The translations under genes were made by a program, and so were the position numbers. Below are positions 56,567-64,000 of a stretch of DNA of 64,000 nucleotides, piece by piece. Every line of letters begins with the position of its first letter. The stretch's first letter is position 1. The notes beneath the pieces were generated by a model. The model was given only the letters and a program-made list of their open reading frames with translations. It made no database searches and had not been told where the DNA came from. This stretch comes from the human T2T-CHM13v2.0 reference genome, Homo sapiens: NCBI RefSeq assembly GCF_009914755.1, contig NC_060939.1. One strand, 5' to 3'.

Positions 56567-59500
56567 TTGAGTCCATTCAATTCCATTCCTTTCGTTTCCA
56601 TTCCATTTGATGCCATTCCATTCAATTCTGTTCTACTCGACTCCAATACATTCAATTCCATTCCATCCGATTCCATTACATTCTTTTCATTTCTTATCCA
56701 TTTCAAGCCATTCCACTCCATTCCATTCCACTCGTTTCCTTTCCATTCGAGTCCATTCCTCTCCAGTCCATTCCGTTCAATCCATTCCATTCCAGTCCAT
56801 TCCATTCGAGTCCGTTCCATTCCAGTCCATTCCATTCGAGTCAATTCCATTCCATTCGATGTCTTTCCATAACGATCCATTCCATTCTATTCCTTTCGAT
56901 TCCATTCCATTCTATTTCATTCCATTCGATTCCCTTCCATTGGACTCCTTTCCATTCGAGTGCATTCCATTCCGTTCCATTTCTTTCCGTTCTGTACGAT
57001 TCCTACCGTTCGATTTCATTTTGTTCCAGTCCATTCTTTCGCGTCCATTCCATTCCATTTCACTCCATTCGATTCCATTCCACTCGATTCCACTTCGTTC
57101 CATTTCATTGCATTCCATTCTATTCAACTCTATTGCCTTCCATTCCATTCCATTCGATTACATTCCATGCGATTCCATTCGAAATCGAATCAATTACATT
57201 GCAATCCATTACTATTGAGTCCGTTTTATTCCAGTCCACTGCATTCTGGTCCATTCCATTTGATTCCATTCCATTCTATTCCATTCCATACAGTTGCATT
57301 CCATTGGATTCCATGCTATATCTATAAATTCAATTCGAGACCATTGCTTTTGAGTCCATTATATATGATTTCATTCCATTCAAGTCCATTACATTTGGTT
57401 AAATTCCATTCCATTCGGTTCAATTCCATTCCATTCCATTCCCTTCCATTCCATTCCAGTTGATATCAATACATTCGATTCCATTCCATTCGAGCACATT
57501 CCATTCGAGTCCATTCCATTCGATGCCATTCCATTTGATTCTATTCCATTAGTCTCCACTCAATTCCATTAATCTCCATTCCATTCCATTCTACTCCAAC
57601 TGATTCCATTCCATTCTATTCCTTTCCATTCCATTTCATTCCATTCCATTCCATTCCATTCCATTCCATTCCATTCCATTCCATTCGTGTCCATTCCACT
57701 CCAGTCCATTCCATTCGTATCCATTCCATTCCAGTCCATTCCATTTGTGTCCACTGCATTCCATTCCACTCCATTCCATATTATTCCATTACACTCCATT
57801 CCATTCTATTACTTTCATTTCCATTCAATTCCATTCCATTTGATTCCATTCCACTCGGTTTCATTCCATTTGAGTCCACTCCATTCCATTCCATTCCATT
57901 CAGTTCCATTCCATTCTGTTCCATTCCATTCCGTTCCGTTACATTCCATTCCATTCGGTACCATTCCATATTGTTCCATTCGATTCCATTCGAATCCATT
58001 CCATTCCAGTCCATTCCATTCGATTCCATTCCATTCATTTCAATTCCATTCCATTCCATTCCATTACATTCCACTTGATTCCTCTCCATTCCCTTCCACT
58101 GCATTCCGTTCGATTCCATTCCATTGCATTGCATTCCATTCCATTGGATTGCATTCCATTCGATTCCATTCCATTCGAATCAATTACATAGCAATCCATT
58201 ACATTCGAGTCTATTCTATTCCGTTCCATTCGATTTCGTTCCAATCCATTCGATTCCATTCCATTCGATTCCATTCCATACTATTGCATTCCATTCGATT
58301 ACATTATATTCGAATAAGTTCCATTCAAGACCATTTCTTTTGAGTGCATTCTATTTGAGTCCATTCCCTTTGATTCCATAACATTTGAGTCCATTCAATT
58401 CCATTCCTTTCGTTTCCATTCCATTTGATGCCATTCCATTCAATTCTGTTCTACTCGACTCCAATACATTCAATTCCATTCCATCCGATTCCATTACATT
58501 CTTTTCATTTCTTATCCATTTCAAGCCATTCCACTCCATTCCATTCCACTCGTTTCCTTTCCATTCGAGTCCATTCCTCTCCAGTCCGTTCCGTTCAATC
58601 CATTCCATTCCAGTCCATTCCATTCGAGTCCGTTCCATTCCAGTCCATTCCATTCGAGTCAATTCCATTCCATTCGATGTCTTTCCATAACGATCCATTC
58701 CATTCTATTCCTTTCGATTCCATTCCATTCTATTTCATTCCATTCGATTCCCTTCCATTGGACTCCTTTCCATTCGAGTGCATTCCATTCCGTTCCATTT
58801 CTTTCCGTTCTGTACGATTCCTACCGTTCGATTTCATTTTGTTCCAGTCCATTCTTTCGCGTCCATTCCATTCCATTTCACTCCATTCGATTCCATTCCA
58901 CTCGATTCCACTTCGTTCCATTTCATTGCATTCCATTCTATTCAACTCTATTGCCTTCCATTCCATTCCATTCGATTACATTCCATGCGATTCCATTCGA
59001 AATCGAATCAATTACATTGCAATCCATTACTATTGAGTCCGTTTTATTCCAGTCCACTGCATTCTGGTCCATTCCATTTGATTCCATTCCATTCTATTCC
59101 ATTCCATACAGTTGCATTCCATTGGATTCCATGCTATATCTATAAATTCAATTCGAGACCATTGCTTTTGAGTCCATTCTATATGATTCCATTCCATTCA
59201 AGTCCATTACATTTGGTTCAATTCCATTCCATTCCATTCCCTTCCATTCCATTCCATTTGATATGAATCCACTCGATTCCATTCCATTCGAGCACATTCC
59301 ATTCGAGTCCATTCCATTCGATGCCATTCCATTTGATTCTATTCCATTAGTCTCCATTCAATTCCATTAATCTCCATTCCATTCCATTCTACTCCAACTG
59401 ATTCCATTCCATTCTATTCCTTTCCATTCCATTTCATTCCATTCCATTCCATTTCATTCCATTCCATTCCATTCGTGTCCATTCCACTCCAGTCCATTCC

Positions 59501-61199
59501 ATTCGTGTCCATTCCATTCCAGTCCATTCCATTTGTGTCCACTGCATTCCATTCCACTCCATTCCATATTATTCCATTACACTCCATTCCATTCTATTAC
59601 TTTCATTTCCATTCAATTCCATTCCATTTGATTCCATTCCACTCGGTTTCATTCCATTTGAGTCCACTCCATTCCATTCCATTCCATTCCATTCAGTTCC
59701 ATTCCATTCTGTTCCATTCCATTCCGTTCCATTACATTCCATTCCATTCGGTACCATTCCATATTGTTCCATTCGATTCCATTCGAATCCATTCCATTCC
59801 AGTCCATTCCATTCGATTCCATTCCATTCATTTCAATTCCATTCCATTCCATTCCATTACATTCCACTTGATTCCTCTCCATTCCCTTCCACTGCATTCC
59901 GTTCGATTCCATTCCATTGCATTGCATTCCATTCCATTGGATTGCATTCCATTCGATTCCATTCCATTCGAATCAATTACATAGCAATCCATTACATTCG
60001 AGTCTATTCTATTCCGTTCCATTCGATTTCGTTCCAATCCATTCGATTCCATTCCATTCGATTCCATTCCATACTATTGCATTCCATTCGATTACATTAT
60101 ATTCGAATAAGTTCCATTCAAGACCATTTCTTTTGAGTCCATTCTATTTGAGTCCATTCCCTTTGATTCCATAACATTTGAGTCCATTCAATTCCATTCC
60201 TTTCGTTTCCATTCCATTTGATGCCATTCCATTCAATTCTGTTCTACTCGACTCCAATACATTCAATTCCATTCCATCCGATTCCATTACATTCTTTTCA
60301 TTTCTTATCCATTTCAAGCCATTCCACTCCATTCCATTCCACTCGTTTCCTTTCCATTCGAGTCCATTCCTCTCCAGTCCATTCCGTTCAATCCATTCCA
60401 TTCCAGTCCATTCCATTCGAGTCCGTTCCATTCCAGTCCATTCCATTCGAGTCAATTCCATCCCATTCGATGTCTTTCCATAACGATCCATTCCATTCTA
60501 TTCCTTTCGATTCCATTCCATTCTATTTCATTCCATTCGATTCCCTTCCATTGGACTCCTTTCCATTCGAGTGCATTCCATTCCGTTCCATTTCTTTCCG
60601 TTCTGTACGATTCCTACCGTTCGATTTCATTTTGTTCCAGTCCATTCCTTTCGCGTCCATTCCATTCCATTTCACTCCATTCGATTCCATTCCACTCGAT
60701 TCCACTTCGTTCCATTTCATTGCATTCCATTCTATTCAACTCTATTGCCTTCCATTCCATTCCATTCGATTACATTCCATGCGATTCCATTCGAAATCGA
60801 ATCAATTACATTGCAATCCATTACTATTGAGTCCATTTTATTCCAGTCCACTGCATTCTGGTCCATTCCATTTGATTCCATTCCATTCTATTCCATTCCA
60901 TACAGTTGCATTCCGTTGGATTCCATTCTATATCCATAAATTCAATTCGAGACCATTGCTTTTGAGTCCATTCTATATGATTCCATTCCATTCAAGTCCA
61001 TTACATTTGGTTCAATTCCATTCCGTTCCATTCCCTTCCATTCCATTCCAGTTGATATCAATCCATTCGATTCCATTCCATTCGAGCACATTCCATTCGA
61101 GTCCATTCCATTCGATGCCATTCCATTTGATTCTATTCCATTAGTCTCCATTCAATTCCATTAATCTCCATTCCATTCCATTCTACTCCAACTGATTCC

Positions 61200-64000
61200 A
61201 TTCCATTCTATTCCTTTCCATTCCATTTCATTCCATTCCATTCCATTTCATTCCATTCCATTCCATTCGTGTCCATTCCACTCCAGTCCATTCCATTCGT
61301 GTCCATTCCATTCCAGTCCATTCCAGTTGTGTCCACTGCATTCCATTCCACTCCATTCCATATTATTCCATTACACTCCATTCCATTCTATTACTTTCAT
61401 TTCCCTTCAATTCCATTCCATTTGATTCCATTCCACTCGGTTTCATTCCATTTGAGTCCACTCCATTCCATTCCATTCCATTCCATTCAGTTCCATTCCA
61501 TTCTGTTCCATTCCATTCCGTTCCATTACATTCCATTCCATTCGGTACCATTCCATATTTTTCCATTCGATTCCATTCGAATCCATTCCATTCCAGTCCA
61601 TTCCATTCGATTCCATTCCATTCATTTCAATTCCATTCCATTCCATTCCATTACATTCCACTTGATTCCTCTCCATTCCCTTCCACTGCATTCCGTTCGA
61701 TTCCATTCCATTGCATTGCATTCCATTCCATTGGATTGCATTCCATTCGATTCCATTCCATTCGAATCAATTACATAGCAATCCATTACATTCGAGTCTA
61801 TTCTATTCCATTCCATTCGATTTCGTTCCAATCCATTCGATTCCATTCCATTCGATTCCATTCCATACTATTACATTCCATTCGATTACATTATATTCGA
61901 ATAAGTTCCATTCAAGACCATTTCTTTTGAGTCCATTCTATTTGAGTCCATTCCCTTTGATTCCATAACATTTGAGTCCATTCAATTCCATTCCTTTCGT
62001 TTCCATTCCATTTGATGCCATTCCATTCAATTCTGTTCTACTCGACTCCAATACATTCAATTCCATTCCATCCGATTCCATTACATTCTTTTCATTTCTT
62101 ATCCATTTCAAGCCATTCCACTCCATTCCATTCCACTCGTTTCCTTTCCATTCGAGTCCATTCCTCTCCAGTCCATTCCGTTCAATCCATTCCATTCCAG
62201 TCCATTCCATTCGAGTCCGTTCCATTCCAGTCCATTCCATTCGAGTCAATTCCATCCCATTCGATGTCTTTCCATAACGATCCATTCCATTCTATTCCTT
62301 TCGATTCCATTCCATTCTATTTCATTCCATTCGATTCCCTTCCATTGGACTCCTTTCCATTCGAGTGCATTCCATTCCGTTCCATTTCTTTCCGTTCTGT
62401 ACGATTCCTACCGTTCGATTTCATTTTGTTCCAGTCCATTCCTTTCGCGTCCATTCCATTCCATTTCACTCCATTCGATTCCATTCCACTCGATTCCACT
62501 TCGTTCCATTTCATTGCATTCCATTCTATTCAACTCTATTGCCTTCCATTCCATTCCATTCGATTACATTCCATGCGATTCCATTCGAAATCGAATCAAT
62601 TACATTGCAATCCATTACTATTGAGTCCATTTTATTCCAGTCCACTGCATTCTGGTCCATTCCATTTGATTCCATTCCATTCTATTCCATTCCATACAGT
62701 TGCATTCCATTGAACTCCATTGTATATCTATAAATTCAATTCGAGACCATTGCTTTTGAGTCCATTCTATATGATTCCATTCCATTCAAGTCCATTACAT
62801 TTGGTTCAATTCCATTCCATTCCATTCCCTTCCATTCCATTCCAGTTGATATCAATCCATTCGATTCCATTCCATTCGAGCACATTCCATTCGAGTCCAT
62901 TCCATTCGATGCCATTCCATTTGATTCTATTCCATTAGTCTCCATTCAATTCCATTAATCTCCATTCCATTCCATTCTACTCCAACTGATTCCATTCCAT
63001 TCTATTACTTTCCATTCCATTTCATTCCATTCCATTCCATTTCATTCCATTCCATTCCATTCCATTCCATTCGCTTCCATTCCATTCGTGTCCATTGCAT
63101 TCCAGTCCATTCCATTTGTGTCCACTGCATTCCATTCCACTCCATTCCATATTATTCCATTACACTCCATTCCATTCTATTACTTTCATTTCCATTGAAT
63201 TCCATTCCATTTGATTCCATTCCACTCGGTTTCATTCCATTTGAGTCCACTCCACTCCATTCCATTCCATTCCATTCCATTCAGTTCCATTCCATTCTGT
63301 TCCATTCCATTCCGTTCCATTGCATTCCATTCCATTCGGTACCATTCCATATTGTTCCATTCGATTCCATTCGAATCCATTCCATTCCAGTCCATTCCAT
63401 TCGATTCCATTCCATTCCTTTCAATTCCATTCCATTCCATTCCATTCCACTTGATTCCACTCCATTCCCTTCCACTGCATTCCATTGCATTGCATTCCAT
63501 TCCATTGGACTGCATTCCATTCGATTCCATTCCATTCGAATCAATTACATAGCAATCCATTACATTCGAGTCTATTCTATTCCGTTCCATTCGATTTCGT
63601 TCCAATCCATTCGATTCCATTCCATTCGATTCCATTCCATACTATTGCATTCCATTCTATTACATTATATTCGAATAAGTTCCATTCAAGACCATTTCTT
63701 TTGAGTCCATTCTATTTGAGTCCATTCCCTTTGATTCCATAACATTTGAGTCCATTCAATTCCATTCCTTTCGTTTCCATTCCATTTGATGCCATTCCAT
63801 TCAATTCTGTTCTACTCGACTCCAATACATTCAATTCCATTCCATCCGATTCCATTACATTCTTTTCATTTCTTATCCATTTCAAGCCATTCCACTCCAT
63901 TCCATTCCACTCGTTTCCTTTCCATTCGAGTCCATTCCTCTCCAGTCCATTCCGTTCAATCCATTCCATTCCAGTCCATTCCATTCGAGTCCGTTCCATT
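61200..64000 (+). repeat. Copy of the ~48.6-51.4 kb segment at 12579-bp (7-unit) offset
   Basis: CCAGTTGTGTCC, TTTCCCTTCAA, CATATTTTTCC, ACTATTACATT, TTGAACTCC and GAATTC (63197 vs 50618) all recur at the same 12579-bp offset. Confidence 0.8.

Larger units (their letters stand above)
1..64000 (+). repeat. Human Satellite III (HSat3) tandem array, (CATTC)n/(GGAAT)n-derived pericentromeric heterochromatin
   Basis: CATTC/ATTCC pentamers run end to end with variants such as CATTCGATTC, GAGTC and CACTC. Many (CATTC)3-10 runs are present and the CATTCGATGATG-type motifs typical of HSat2 were not seen. The strand orientation is the same throughout. Confidence 0.97.
1..64000 (+). repeat. ~1.8-kb higher-order repeat, ~35.5 copies; probable D15Z1-type 1.8-kb KpnI satellite (chr15p11)
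   Basis: The landmark TTGAGTCCATTCAATTCCATTCCTTTCG (1-base variant at 6431 and 8199) recurs at 1064, 2858, 4632, 6431, 8199, 10003, 11795, 13594, 15388, 17187, 18991, 20795, 22628, 24452, 26256, 28089, 29922, 31711, 33500, 34980, 36778, 38576, 40384, ~42182, 43989, 45792, 47600, 49393, 51167, 52980, 54754, 56567, 58385, 60178, 61972 and ~63746. There is one GGTACC per unit (e.g. 641, 2430, 4204). The periodicity is seen directly; the D15Z1 name rests on known 1.8-kb KpnI periodicity. Confidence 0.75.

Noticed and set aside
1-64000. Hundreds of ORFs of 60-377 aa (HSIPF-rich on +, MEWNG-rich on -), including a recurring 308-aa ORF
   Set aside because: Three pentamers make 15 bp with no stop codon on either strand, so long ORFs arise automatically. 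They are low-complexity, overlap in all frames and are freely frameshifted between units.
1-64000. CRISPR-like or other prokaryotic repeat/defence system
   Set aside because: There are no unique spacers, no cas-like or other real genes, and all intervening sequence is itself repeated every 1.8 kb.
1-64000. Assignment to DYZ1 (Y, 3.56 kb) or chr1 HSat2 (1.77-kb EcoRI)
   Set aside because: The basic period is 1.8 kb and the 3.6-kb spacing is only local. HSat2-type GATGAT motifs were not seen, and EcoRI sites were noticed in only three units.
1-64000. Inversions or inserted Alu/L1/other elements
   Set aside because: No GGAAT-oriented segment, poly-A tail or non-satellite sequence was seen anywhere on reading through.

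Overview
The whole 64 kb window is one uninterrupted, single-orientation array of human Satellite III (HSat3), built from diverged (CATTC)n pentamers with the C-rich strand on +. It is organised as about 35.5 tandem copies of a ~1.8-kb unit (measured spacings 1768-1833 bp, plus one rearranged 1480-bp unit), and nearly every unit carries one KpnI site (GGTACC). This fits the classical 1.8-kb KpnI satellite D15Z1 of chromosome 15p11; the chromosome assignment is inferred, not verified. I found no genes, RNA genes, transposons, inversions or unique sequence. All ORFs in the track are artefacts of a stop-poor pentamer. I found no novel biological system. What can be read is the array's evolutionary structure: a paralogous block repeated twice inside each unit, two interleaved unit subtypes, a complex deletion+duplication junction at ~33.7/34.2 kb separating a diverged zone from a young homogeneous expansion, and local 1-, 2-, 3- and 7-unit duplications marked by shared variants.
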